DNA of 64,000 nucleotides. It comes from an uncultured delta proteobacterium. GTDB lineage: Bacteria; Myxococcota_A; UBA9160; SZUA-336. The translations under genes and the position numbers were made by a program. This document shows, one piece after another, positions 31,923 to 42,752 of the stretch. Each line of letters starts with the position of its first letter. The stretch's first letter is position 1. The notes beneath the pieces are model-generated. The model saw nothing but the letters and a program-made list of their open reading frames with translations. It made no database searches and was not told the origin of the DNA. The stretch covers positions 64,001 to 128,000 of the forward strand of contig CAVPHD010000003.1 of NCBI GenBank assembly GCA_963704165.1, in the 5' to 3' direction.

Positions 31923-31993
31923 TCGATTCCGGGCGGGACGGCGGCCCTGGCTCGGCGCGCGAGGATCCGCACGCCGAGCCAGGGCGGAATCGA
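31923..31993. terminator. Long GC-rich hairpin between the OM-protein gene and prfB
   Basis: GCCCTGGCTCGGCG (31944-57) pairs with CGCCGAGCCAGGGC (31972-85); outer TCGATTCC/GGAATCGA; no U-tract. Confidence 0.5.
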
Positions 31994-31998
31994 AACGG

Positions 31999-32889
31999 CT
32001 AATCGAGCGGCTCGACCCAGTTGGTCGCCCGCATCGGCAGGCTCGGCTGGTCGAGCGTCGCGCCGCGGCGGTCGTTCGCCTTCATGCTCTCGGCGCCGAA
32101 GAGGTAGGTGACGCCGAGCGCGAAGATCTGCTCGGTCAGCTCCTCGCCTTCGGTCGTGGTGTCGTAGTAGCCACCGCGGTAGGCCGCGTACCCGTGCCAG
32201 CCTCCCGAAATGCGCTGGTCGTAGCGCACGCCCCAGCCCATCACCCACATGTCGTCGACGTCGTCGATCGCGTTGTTGGCGTTCGCGTACGAAGCCTCCA
32301 ACTCGATGCGCTTGTCGTCGTCGATGAAGTACCGACCGACTCCGCGCAGCACGTAGGCGGGGCGGAAGTCCTCTTCGGTGTTTCGGACGTTTCCGCTGAC
32401 GCGCGCGGCCTGCAGGTACAGCGTCGCATCGTTGAGGTACGCCTGCCCTTCGAGGCCGATCCAGGATGCGTAGGTCTGATCCTGACCGCCCGTGTCTTCC
32501 GTGTAGCCGCGCCCGAAGCCCGCGAAGATGCCGACGAGCCCCTGCTGGGGATCTCGCCAGCTCAGGTGCCCGCCGCCGCCCCACATCGACTTCTGATTGT
32601 CCTCGCCATCGGCGTTGACGAAGTTGTAGTCGGCCATCGCGTCGAACTGGGTCGAGAAAGCGCCGCTGATCGGAATCGAGATCGACCCGCTTCCGCCGAT
32701 GTTCGGATAGCTCTGGTCGTCGGTCTCGTCCTCGCCCTCCTCGTTCGACTCCTGCAGAAGCGTCCAGCCCGCTTCGGCCGCAACGGTACCGGACGTCAGC
32801 AACTCGTCGCTTTGCTCGTTTGCAGCTGCGACACCCACCGTACAAAACACCGCGACGAAACACGTCGCTACGCGAACCCGGACTCCCAT
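31999..32889 (-). CDS. Secreted, probable outer-membrane beta-barrel protein of unknown function
   Basis: Signal peptide; alternating aromatic strands (GHLSWRD, GLEGQAYL, GVGRYF, GVRYD, GVTYLF); acidic loops; SD GGGGGAGG. Confidence 0.75.
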   Translation of the reverse strand: MGVRVRVATCFVAVFCTVGVAAANEQSDELLTSGTVAAEAGWTLLQESNEEGEDETDDQSYPNIGGSGSISIPISGAFSTQFDAMADYNFVNADGEDNQKSMWGGGGHLSWRDPQQGLVGIFAGFGRGYTEDTGGQDQTYASWIGLEGQAYLNDATLYLQAARVSGNVRNTEEDFRPAYVLRGVGRYFIDDDKRIELEASYANANNAIDDVDDMWVMGWGVRYDQRISGGWHGYAAYRGGYYDTTTEGEELTEQIFALGVTYLFGAESMKANDRRGATLDQPSLPMRATNWVEPLD

Positions 32890-33034
32890 CGTTCCTCCCC
32901 CATTTCAACCCGACGATATGATCGGACCGGGCTGCGCACTTCTTCATAGCGATCCGATCCCGGACCCGCTATCGGTTCGCCGGTCGCGCGATCAGTGATA
33001 CCGGTCCAGTCACTGCGAGATCGGAGCCCCTCTG

Positions 33035-34450
33035 TTGCATCGACTCACGGCGTCGAAGTCATGCTATGTCGCCCTGCTCGGTGCGTGGGTTCTCCCGCGC
33101 GTGCTGGGCGTCCTCACCGACTTCTGGCTCGACGAGATCTGGGCGCTCGACATCGTCGGTCGCATCGACTCACCGCTCGACGTCTTCACGCGGATCCACT
33201 TCGACACCAACCACTGGCTGTACTCGCTGCTGCTCTTCTTCATCGGACCGCGCGAGGACTGGATCGCCTACCGACTTCCCGCGCTGGCCGCCGGAATCGC
33301 GACCCTCCCCATGATGGTCGCTCTCGCGCGCCGCGAGGGAAATCTCGAAGCGACGATCGCCCTCCTCCTGGCCGGCTCCTCGTTTCTATTGATCGAGTAC
33401 TCGTCCGAGGCGCGCGGCTACGCACCCGCGGTTCTCTTCTCGCTCGGCGCCTTCTACGCGCTGGGTCGCCAGCTCGAGTCGGGTCGAGTTTCGTGGGCCG
33501 CGGCATTCAACGCGCTCTGCATCCTCGGCCTGCTCTCCCATCTGACGTTCCTGTTCCCGTACGCGGGGCTCCTGGCCTGGTCGGTCGCGGCCGCTCTCGT
33601 GCGCCCGACCCGACCGGCGGCCGCGCTCCGTCGGATCGCCTCGTGTCACGCGCTGCCCCTGCTCTTCTTCCTCGGGCTCTACGTCGTCGACATCCGGCAC
33701 ATCCAGCACGGGGCGGGACCCGAATCGCCCATCGCCTCGATCGTCGGGCGACTCTCGGCTCTGACGCTGGGACTACCCGAAACGGGCGTTTTCCCAGCTG
33801 TCGCGATCGCCGTCTGCGCGGGAATCGCCGTCGCGGGCATCTGGCGACTCCGAAGAGACCCTTCGCGCCGATGGGTCTTCTACGCGATCACGCTGCTCCT
33901 GGCGCCCGCATGCGTCGTGGTCGCGCGCGGGCGCGAGTTCCCGTTCTGGAGCGAGCGACACTTTCTGGTGTGCGTCCCGTTCCTGCTCCTGCTCCTCGCC
34001 AGGCTGCTCGTGCACGTCGCGAACTCGGGACGGCGGGGACGAGCGGCCGCGATCCTCTTCGTCGCGCTCTACGTCACCGGGAACTCGGTCCGGACCTTCG
34101 ACTTCCTCCGTTTCGGCCGCGGACAGTACCGCGAAGCCGTCGAGTACATGTTCGCGCACTCGACGGAGCCCGCCGTCACCGTGGGTAGCGACCACGACTT
34201 CCGCAACTCCATGCTCCTCACCTACTACAGCCGATTCGCGCCAAAGGAACGCCAGCTCGTGTATGTCGGCGAAGACGCCTGGCCGCGCGAAGGCCCGCGC
34301 TGGCTGATCCTGCACAGCACCGACGAGGACCGCGTGGCCGAGCCGCAGTACGTCTTCGCGGACCGCGTCGAATACCGGCTCGCGAAGCAGTTCCCGTTTT
34401 CCGGGGTTTCCGGCTGGCGCTGGGACCTGTACGAGCGAAGGGACGACTAG
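33035..34450 (+). CDS. Polytopic membrane glycosyltransferase (GT-C/GT39-like)
   Basis: FWLDE luminal-loop motif, DTNH.LY, YSSEARGY, ~11 TM helices, C-terminal soluble domain. Confidence 0.75.
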   Translation: MHRLTASKSCYVALLGAWVLPRVLGVLTDFWLDEIWALDIVGRIDSPLDVFTRIHFDTNHWLYSLLLFFIGPREDWIAYRLPALAAGIATLPMMVALARREGNLEATIALLLAGSSFLLIEYSSEARGYAPAVLFSLGAFYALGRQLESGRVSWAAAFNALCILGLLSHLTFLFPYAGLLAWSVAAALVRPTRPAAALRRIASCHALPLLFFLGLYVVDIRHIQHGAGPESPIASIVGRLSALTLGLPETGVFPAVAIAVCAGIAVAGIWRLRRDPSRRWVFYAITLLLAPACVVVARGREFPFWSERHFLVCVPFLLLLLARLLVHVANSGRRGRAAAILFVALYVTGNSVRTFDFLRFGRGQYREAVEYMFAHSTEPAVTVGSDHDFRNSMLLTYYSRFAPKERQLVYVGEDAWPREGPRWLILHSTDEDRVAEPQYVFADRVEYRLAKQFPFSGVSGWRWDLYERRDD

Positions 34451-36012
34451 CCGCGTCCGCGAGGTCTCGGCCTTCGGAAGCGAGAAGCTGCGACACACCC
34501 GGCGATCAGCACCCAAGACGCCGCGATCGGCCAGTCACCGACTCGTGTGTAGAAGGTCGGAGTCGTCCGTCCAGGCGGGATCTCCACCGTAAGCGTGAGT
34601 CGCTCGAAGATCGGTGTCTCCTCGAGAACGACACCGCGCGCGTCGATCACGGCGCTGACTCCGGTGTTCGCCGCCCGAAGCATCGGCAGACCGTTCTCGG
34701 CGGAGCGCAACGCGACGATCGCGAGAAACTGGTGCGGCGCGCTCGAGCGGCTGTACCAGGCGTCGTTGGTCAGGTTGAGGAGCACGCGGGCGCCCGCGCG
34801 CACGGCCGCGCGCACCTCGCCGGGGTACACCGCCTCGTAGCAGATGAGCCCGACGGGGGTCCGCGTGGGATCGAGCGCGGCGAGACCGCGAAGCGGCCGG
34901 ATCCCCGGACCGGCGCTGATGTCGGACAGGTTCGCGAGCCCGCTCGCGACGCCCTCCAGGAATCCGAGCAGCGAACGCAGCGGCACGTACTCTCCGAACG
35001 GCACGAGCACGGCCTTGTCGTAGCGATCCACGACGCCGTCCTCCGGGGTGACGACGAAGAGACTGTTGTGGATGAGAGGCATGCGCTCGCCGGGAACGCG
35101 CGTCAGGCCGATTCCGCCGACGACGAGCGGCACCCGGGCCTCACTCGCGAGCGCGAGCAACGGCTCGCGAAACTCCGGCTGCGCCTCGATGAAACCGGGA
35201 ACCGCGGACTCGGGCCACAGGATCAGATCGGGCCGCTCGTTCGCCACCACCTCGCGCGACAGCTCGAGATGCACGCCGAGATTTCGCTGTGCGCGTTCCG
35301 GATCCCATTTCTCGCCCTGCGGGATGTTCCCCTGGATCATCGCGACGCGAAGCGGCGGATCGCGCGGCGCCGCGAGGTCCGACGCGGACGGCAGCGCGAG
35401 GAAGCCGACCAGGTGGGCGACCGCGAAGAGTCCCAGCGCCGTCGGCCAGCGCCCGACTCCGATGAGCGTCCCCGTGAGCGCGGTGACGAAGGTCAGCCCG
35501 TACACGCCGGTGAGCGACGCCAGCCCGAGCATGGGCAGGTCGAGGTGCGCCGCGTAGCCCAGCGACGCCCAGGTGAACCCGCCGAGAAAGTCGAAGCCGC
35601 GCAGGTGCTCCATCACGAGCCAGGCGGCAGGGAGCACGAGCACGCCCGCGCGTCCCGTGCGCGGGGCGAGCCACACCCACAGCGCACCGGCCGCCCCCGC
35701 GTGCGCCGCGAAAACGCCCGAGACCACGAGCACCGCGCCGACCCCCGCGATCGCCGGCGCGCCGCCGTGCACGGTCACGACGACGTAGAGCCAGAACAAG
35801 ATCAGCGTGAAGCCGAGCCACGAGGCGAAGAAGGTCCACTTGAAGGCCGCACGCGGCCCGAGGTCGGTAAGCAGCGCGGCGAGCGGCGCGAGCGCGAGCC
35901 AGCCCGCAGCCAGGCCCAGATCGAAACGGAGCTCACCGGCGCGAAACGGGAACGCGAGCGCGAGCGTGATCGCGAACAGAAGCGCGAGCGCGATGCGGCG
36001 TCTGAACGTCAC
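34447..36012 (-). CDS. lnt: Apolipoprotein N-acyltransferase
   Basis: QGNIPQ..KW, WPES, YDK..LVPFGEYVP, ICYE, TNDAWY, RAANTGVS. Confidence 0.96.
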   Translation of the reverse strand: MTFRRRIALALLFAITLALAFPFRAGELRFDLGLAAGWLALAPLAALLTDLGPRAAFKWTFFASWLGFTLILFWLYVVVTVHGGAPAIAGVGAVLVVSGVFAAHAGAAGALWVWLAPRTGRAGVLVLPAAWLVMEHLRGFDFLGGFTWASLGYAAHLDLPMLGLASLTGVYGLTFVTALTGTLIGVGRWPTALGLFAVAHLVGFLALPSASDLAAPRDPPLRVAMIQGNIPQGEKWDPERAQRNLGVHLELSREVVANERPDLILWPESAVPGFIEAQPEFREPLLALASEARVPLVVGGIGLTRVPGERMPLIHNSLFVVTPEDGVVDRYDKAVLVPFGEYVPLRSLLGFLEGVASGLANLSDISAGPGIRPLRGLAALDPTRTPVGLICYEAVYPGEVRAAVRAGARVLLNLTNDAWYSRSSAPHQFLAIVALRSAENGLPMLRAANTGVSAVIDARGVVLEETPIFERLTLTVEIPPGRTTPTFYTRVGDWPIAASWVLIAGCVAASRFRRPRPRGRG

Positions 36013-36446
36013 GCGAGGCGTCGAAGCTCCCAGCGAAGGTGAGCTTCGAGCGCGCGCATGCGATCGCGGTCGGCCGTGCGCAGGTGATCCATGCCGAGCA
36101 GGTGCAGACAGCCGTGGATCAGGAGATCGTCGAGCTCTCGCGAGAGCGGGACGTTCCGCGAGGCCGCCTGGCGCTTCGCGGCGTCGAGAGAGATCACCAC
36201 GTCGCCGAGCAGGGCGCCGGCGAAGTCGGCGCCCACGCCTTCTGCGAGCGCGAACGAGAGTACGTCGGTCGCGCGCGGCCTGCGGCCGTACGCGCCCGCC
36301 AGCCGCGCGATCTCGACGTCGTCCACCAGCGTCACCGAGAGCTCGGCGTCAGTCGATCCCAAGGCGCCTAAGATCGTCCTCGCGCTTCTCGCGAGCGCTC
36401 TCCGATCGACCTCCGGGCCGCGATTCGCGTTCAGATGGACCTTCAT
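36009..36446 (-). CDS. ybeY: rRNA maturation endoribonuclease YbeY
   Basis: ATDVLSF, LGDVVIS, IHGCLHLLGMDH. Confidence 0.93.
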   Translation of the reverse strand: MKVHLNANRGPEVDRRALARSARTILGALGSTDAELSVTLVDDVEIARLAGAYGRRPRATDVLSFALAEGVGADFAGALLGDVVISLDAAKRQAASRNVPLSRELDDLLIHGCLHLLGMDHLRTADRDRMRALEAHLRWELRRLA

Positions 36447-38784
36447 CCGCACTCTCTTCGATCCTCCGGCCGAAGGCATCGGTCGCCGCAGGGTAGTCGA
36501 TCCGCTCGTGACGGATCGCGGAGAGCGTGTCGATGAAGCTCCGAGCGATCGAGTGCAGGTCGCGCAGCGTCAGGCTGCAGTCGTCGAGCTGTCCGTCGCG
36601 GAAGTAGTTGTTGATGATGCGCTGCACGAGCTGCTGCACGCGCGCCGGCGAGGTATCGACGAGCGTGCGGGATGCGGCCTCGACCGAGTCCGCGAGCATC
36701 AGGATTCCAGCCTCGCGCGTCTGCGGCTTCGGACCGGGATAGCGGTAGTCGTGCTCCGCGACCAGGTCGCCCTTCTCGGGGTCCGCGATCTCCTTGGCCT
36801 TCTCGTAGAAGTAGCGGATCACGCTCGTGCCGTGGTGCTCGGCGATGCCCTGCCGGATCGGGAGCGCCAGCTTCTCCTTCTCCGCCATCTCGACGCCATC
36901 CTTGACGTGCGCCTGGATGATGCGCGCGGACATCGACGGCGCGAGCTTCTCGTGGCGATTCTCGCCCTGCGTGACCGCCACGTTCTCGACGAAGAATTGC
37001 GGTCTGCGCATCTTGCCGATGTCGTGGTAGTAGCCAGCGACCTTCGCGAGGAGCGCGTTGGCGCCGATCTCTTCCGCCGCCTTCTCCGCGAGGTGGCCGA
37101 CCATCATGCTGTGGTGGTACGTGCCGGGGGCGCGCAGCTCGAGATCGCGGAGAAGCGACTGCTCGCGGTTCGCGAGCTCGAGCAGCTTGATCGCCGTCGT
37201 GTACGAGAAGATCGACTCGACGAGCGGCGCCAGACCCGAAACCAGCACTCCACAGAGCGCGCCCGAGAGCAGCGCGAGCGCGACCGCGAGGGAGCCCACG
37301 ATCAGGGAGAAGTGATTGCCCAGCAGGAGCAGCGCGACCGCGACCACGGCGTTCGCCAGACCCACCCGCAAGCCCGCGCGGAGCAGCGTCCCGCGCTGGG
37401 TGACGTGCGCCGCGCCGATCGCCGCCGTGAGCGAGCCGACCAGCGTGTAGCTGGTGAAGCCGAGATCGCCGTGCACCTGAAACCCCGTGATCAGCGAGAC
37501 GAGAACCGCGAAGAGCGCCGAGGTTTCGGCGCTGTGCACCATGCGCACGAGCATCGTCCCCGCTGCGATCGGAGCGACGAGAATCAGCACGCTCGGCCAC
37601 TGATCGACGATCGGTTGCAGGCGTGGACTGTCGCCGAGTGCGTCCGCAAGGAAGAGCGCGATCGACGTGCCGAACGCGGTCGCCACGAGCGTCGAGAGCA
37701 GGAACCAGGCGTCCTTGGTGCGCCGCGGAAAACGCAACAGGCTCGTCGCGCCGAAGCGCCAGATCACGCGCATCAGCAAGAGCAGGAGAATGGCGACGCC
37801 GGCAAAGACGCTCACGCGCGAGAGCGCGCTCTGCTGGTCGCGAATGCCCTCGAGGATCAGCAGATGCCGCTCCGTGATCGGGTCGCCGTCGCGCACGATG
37901 ATCTCGCCCTTCCGCAGCGAGATCGTCGCCTCCTTCACGCTCGTCTCGGCCGCCTTGCGACGCTCGTCCGTGGCGCGCAGGTTGAAGTTCAGGTTCGGAC
38001 GCAGCATCGCCTTGGCCAACGGCACCAACGCCGTGCGCGTGGCCGGCGGAACTCCCGCGAGCGCGGATTCGGCGCTGCGCTCGAGTTGCTCGCGCGCGGA
38101 CTCCGCGGTGAGCACGCGCTGCGGGGTCTTCAGCGTGCGCTCGTTGCCGGACCCGAGATCGCGCACCAGGACCGTACGCGCTTCGACGTGGCGCTCGAAC
38201 TCGGCGGTCTCGTCGACGATCATTCGCGCCGAAACGCTCTCGACGAGCTGCGTCAACAGGCGCTCGTCGTCGGACGAGAATCCAGTCTTCTCGAGATACT
38301 GGATCGACACGTCAGGAACGGGCGTCTTGGAGCCGAGCGCCTCGCGAAACGCGGCGGCGGGCGAGAGAACCGTCGTCTCGGCGACCGGCTTCGGAGCGGC
38401 CAGCGAGAGCGCCGCACGCGCGCCGGCGAACGCCTTGGCGATCCGCTCGCGCAGGTCGGCCGATCGGTTGTCGTCGAAGTCGTAGACGGTCGGTGATCTC
38501 TCGGCGGCTTCGTTGCGCAGCTTCTCGGTCGCCTGCGGATCGCTGATCGTGAGCGCGGTCGGAGCCTTCTCGTCGCGCTCGGAGATGTCCCCGACCGCGA
38601 TCAACCGGCCCGCACGACCGACGCTCGAGGTGGGAAGTATCTCGAGCGTCAGCAGGGCCGAGAGCACGACGCAGCTCGAGATCGCGGCCGCGAGCAACAT
38701 CGGCGCCGAGGGTCGGACCTCGAGACCGCCGAGAATGCCCCTGCGCCGCGGCGGGACGCGCGTCTTCGCCTCCACCTTCGCCAC
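36349..38784 (-). CDS. pgpH: 7TM-HD phosphohydrolase (PgpH-like cyclic-di-AMP phosphodiesterase)
   Basis: N-terminal TM, large extracytoplasmic domain, 7 TM, APGTYHHS, YYHDIGK, EHHGT, YRYPGPKPQT, LADSVEAA. Confidence 0.88.
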   Translation of the reverse strand: MAKVEAKTRVPPRRRGILGGLEVRPSAPMLLAAAISSCVVLSALLTLEILPTSSVGRAGRLIAVGDISERDEKAPTALTISDPQATEKLRNEAAERSPTVYDFDDNRSADLRERIAKAFAGARAALSLAAPKPVAETTVLSPAAAFREALGSKTPVPDVSIQYLEKTGFSSDDERLLTQLVESVSARMIVDETAEFERHVEARTVLVRDLGSGNERTLKTPQRVLTAESAREQLERSAESALAGVPPATRTALVPLAKAMLRPNLNFNLRATDERRKAAETSVKEATISLRKGEIIVRDGDPITERHLLILEGIRDQQSALSRVSVFAGVAILLLLLMRVIWRFGATSLLRFPRRTKDAWFLLSTLVATAFGTSIALFLADALGDSPRLQPIVDQWPSVLILVAPIAAGTMLVRMVHSAETSALFAVLVSLITGFQVHGDLGFTSYTLVGSLTAAIGAAHVTQRGTLLRAGLRVGLANAVVAVALLLLGNHFSLIVGSLAVALALLSGALCGVLVSGLAPLVESIFSYTTAIKLLELANREQSLLRDLELRAPGTYHHSMMVGHLAEKAAEEIGANALLAKVAGYYHDIGKMRRPQFFVENVAVTQGENRHEKLAPSMSARIIQAHVKDGVEMAEKEKLALPIRQGIAEHHGTSVIRYFYEKAKEIADPEKGDLVAEHDYRYPGPKPQTREAGILMLADSVEAASRTLVDTSPARVQQLVQRIINNYFRDGQLDDCSLTLRDLHSIARSFIDTLSAIRHERIDYPAATDAFGRRIEESADEGPSERESRPGGRSESAREKREDDLRRLGID

Positions 38785-38786
38785 GC

Positions 38787-39746
<960 letters not shown>

Positions 39747-39757
39747 TCGACCTCCGG

Positions 39758-40843
39758 TCAGGGGCGGACTCTCCAGAGCGTGAAACCCCCGTCAGACGAG
39801 CGGGCGTAACTGTACCGGTCGAGTGGAACGGCCGCCAAGATCGCAGTCTCGCCGGAAAGCTCGGCGAGCGTGTCCGGATAGGCGCCGCGGACCCAGCGAT
39901 GAACCTCGAGCGCGGCGCGAAGCCGATCGGTGGCCGCCTCGTCGCGCAGGGCTTCGACCGGATCGCCCCCGAACGAGGGCAGCGCCCGTGCGCCCGGCTG
40001 CGCCAGGAACAGCCCGACCGCGAGCACCGCGCAGGCCGCGAGCACCGCGCAGGCGACCCACGGCGCGCGCGAGGTTTCGCGCTCCACCGCGGGCTCCGCG
40101 CTCGGCTCGAGCTGCGCCGCCCGAAGCACGCCCCCACGCATCAACGCAACCAGGCCGCGCGCGCCCTGGAAGGTCCCCAGGCGCGAGAGGTCGATCACCC
40201 GGCGTGCCGCGACGCGGCCATTTGCGAACGAGAACAGCTTCTCGAGATCCCGGCCGGGAACGCCCGAATCGGCTTCGATCGAGGCGCGCTTCTGGCGGAA
40301 GCTCTCGAGCTCCACGACGGCTGCGAGCACCACGGCGAGGTCGGGCAATCCGTTCTGGATCGTCACCCACTCGTCCCGCATTCGCAGCGCGTCGAGCAGC
40401 ACCATCTCGGCCGCGATCGCCTTGTCGCACGGTCCCGGAGTGATCGTCTCGGGGCGGAACGCGAAGCGTCCCTCGTCCCAGAGGAAGAGCTCGAAGATCG
40501 TGTCGCCCGTCGCGAGCTTGGTGATCTGCTCGAGATCCGCGCGAGAGACGAGGTCCATCTGCAGCAGCGTCGGGGCGAGCGCCTCGAGCGTCTCGTCCTG
40601 GCGCTTGCGAGCCTCCGCCAGCGTCGAATCGGAAAGCGCGCCGGTGCGCAGCAGGTATCCAGCCAGCGCCCCGTCCGGTCGCGTTTCGGCCGGTCGCGCG
40701 GAGAGCACCATGCCTTCGAGGAACAGGATCTCGAGCGTTCGCCCACGCCGCTCCACTTCGAGCACACCGGTCTTTCGCGGCTGCGAGATCAGCTGGAAGA
40801 CGTCCGCAACGGGGAAGTCTGCGAGTACGCCCTGAAGGCTCAC
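39758..40843 (-). CDS. DUF4388 (PatA-N) domain protein with TM and small periplasmic domain
   Basis: LQGVLADFPVADVFQLI...KTGVL; LFLWDEGRFAF; GTG start overlaps the upstream TGA. Confidence 0.85.
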   Translation of the reverse strand: MSLQGVLADFPVADVFQLISQPRKTGVLEVERRGRTLEILFLEGMVLSARPAETRPDGALAGYLLRTGALSDSTLAEARKRQDETLEALAPTLLQMDLVSRADLEQITKLATGDTIFELFLWDEGRFAFRPETITPGPCDKAIAAEMVLLDALRMRDEWVTIQNGLPDLAVVLAAVVELESFRQKRASIEADSGVPGRDLEKLFSFANGRVAARRVIDLSRLGTFQGARGLVALMRGGVLRAAQLEPSAEPAVERETSRAPWVACAVLAACAVLAVGLFLAQPGARALPSFGGDPVEALRDEAATDRLRAALEVHRWVRGAYPDTLAELSGETAILAAVPLDRYSYARSSDGGFTLWRVRP

Positions 40844-42676
40844 GAGCTGCGCCTCAGGCTCGAGAGTCTCCCCGCCGCGTGCCTCAATCCGACCAGATAC
40901 AAGGGAACGACCAGGAGCAGTCCGATCGCGTACGGCGCCGCGATGCCCAGCCCCCCGAGCTCCCACGGGATCGGCAGGAGCGCGGGTGCGCGCAGCATTC
41001 CCACTCCGAGGCCGAGCGCGAACAACGAGACCATCCCGCGCAGCCACCGGCCCTCGACCAGATCGGCCGAGCCGGGTGCGAAGAGCGATCCGGCCGCGAG
41101 TCGGACCTGTGCGTGCTGCTCGCGCCGCCGGTCGAGGTCGAGCTGTTGCTTGCGCATGCGCGGGTCGGTGGTTTCCCGATTCGCGAACAGCCGGACGCAG
41201 GGCGTGCAAGTGCCCGCGAGCATCGCCTCGCGCGAGCAGTGGCTGCAGAGCGGCCGCTTGCAGCGACTGCAGCGCGTGATGGAGCTGCGACGGAGCACGA
41301 GCGCGAGCAGCGCCGAGGATCGGCAGCGAGAGCCAGAGGCGATCAGGCGCGAGCGGTCCGAGCAGCCGTTCGCGCAGCTCACGCGCGAGCGCCTGCGACT
41401 CCGAGCTCGGCGCGAGCGCGCGAGCGAGATACAGCGAGAGCGAGAGCGGCGTCTGGATCAGCACGGAGTGCACGTTCGCGCCATCCGCCGCGAGGTACCG
41501 GTTCACGAGCTTGCCGTCGAGCGAGCTCGCCGCCTTGAAGGCGGACTCCTGCTCCGAGAGGAGCAGTGCGCGTCCATACGCCTGCGAGAGATTGAACATC
41601 ACCGCCGCGGATTCGTCGGCCGAGCGCGCGCGCTCGAAGGCCGGAATCGCCTCGCCGAGATCGCCATCGGCCAGGCGGGCGATTCCGCGCAGATTGAACG
41701 CTGCCGAGCGCAGAGCTGGCTCCGAGCTCGTCGAGGGATCGCCGAGCACTTCGAGCACGCGATCGAGCTCGCCACGTCGCTTCCAGTCCGTCGCCAGCGC
41801 GAAGCGAAACAGCGAGTCGCTCGGATCTCGCGCACTCGCGCGCTGCACGCGGACGACGTCTCCAGGCAGCGCCTCCCCGCGATCGATGCGCCACGCCGCG
41901 ATCAGATCCGACTCGCGTCCGGCGGCGACGAGCGCCGGCGTGATGCGATCGAGCCCGAGCCCCAGGGTTCCGCCGAGAGCGAGCAGCGTGAGCGCGAGCC
42001 GAAGGGCGTGGCCGCGCGAGAGTCGAAGAGCGCCGAGCGCACCCGCGGCGGACACGAGCACGGCGACGCCGACACCGAATAGTGGCAGCGCGCAGACGCC
42101 GGCGACACAGAGCAGCACACCGGGCCAGGCGGGCGGGTCCGAGGTCGTCATCCGGTGGCCGAGCGCGTGGCCGTGGAGCGGCAAGCCGCGGAGGGTCGCC
42201 ACCATGCAGACGCCGAGCCCGAGCCCGAGAAGCCCGCCGAGCAGCCCCATACCCGCGAGCGAGATCAGCCACAGAACCCCGGGGAGATCGTGTCCGAGCG
42301 CGACGAGAGCGGCCCCGACCTCGAGTGGATTTCGCGTCAGCCGAGCCGCCTCGAAGCGCACGCCCGGCGAGCGAGGCGCGAGGTCGACGGCGAGATCCAC
42401 CAGCTCGCCTTGTTGCTGCGCGCGCGCGGCCGCGAGCAGCGCAAATGCGAGTACGGGAAGTTCGGAGTGACCGTGCGCGCGCAGCTCCGAAGCCGCCGCG
42501 CGAACCCGGTCTGCGGTCGGCAACGCGGCCGAGCTCTCGGGCTCCGGCTGCGCCCCGGTGGGCACCTCGAGCGGATCGGCGCGGCGCACGTCTCCGTCCG
42601 CGCGCACCCAGGGTGCGAGCCAGAAGAGCGCCAGCAGCGCCAGCGCCGCCGCGCGCGTTCGCGGAGATCCGCGCAC
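40840..42676 (-). CDS. TPR-containing membrane protein with Cys-rich C-terminal domain, frameshift near 41310
   Basis: Signal, TM bundle, TPR-like AAFNLRGIARL/MFNLSQAY, CSRCKRPLCSHC...CTPC, two C-terminal TM helices. Confidence 0.75.
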
Positions 42677-42752
42677 CCTTCTCCTCTCGATGCAAAAGGT
42701 CGAGCTACCTGATGATTCGGCGGGCGGCTGCGCACTCTGAAGCCGCCGGGAC

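Noticed and set aside
36091..38496. Very long antisense ORFs (801 aa here; also 24823-26886, 39899-42082, 50697-52745)
   Set aside because: Shadow frames of well-conserved genes, expected in high-GC DNA; no recognisable motifs.
39758..42676. Apparent 972-aa TPR-DUF4388 fusion
   Set aside because: A frameshift near 41310 diverts the frame; the real C-terminus (Cys-rich, TM) ends at 40840, overlapping the DUF4388 GTG.
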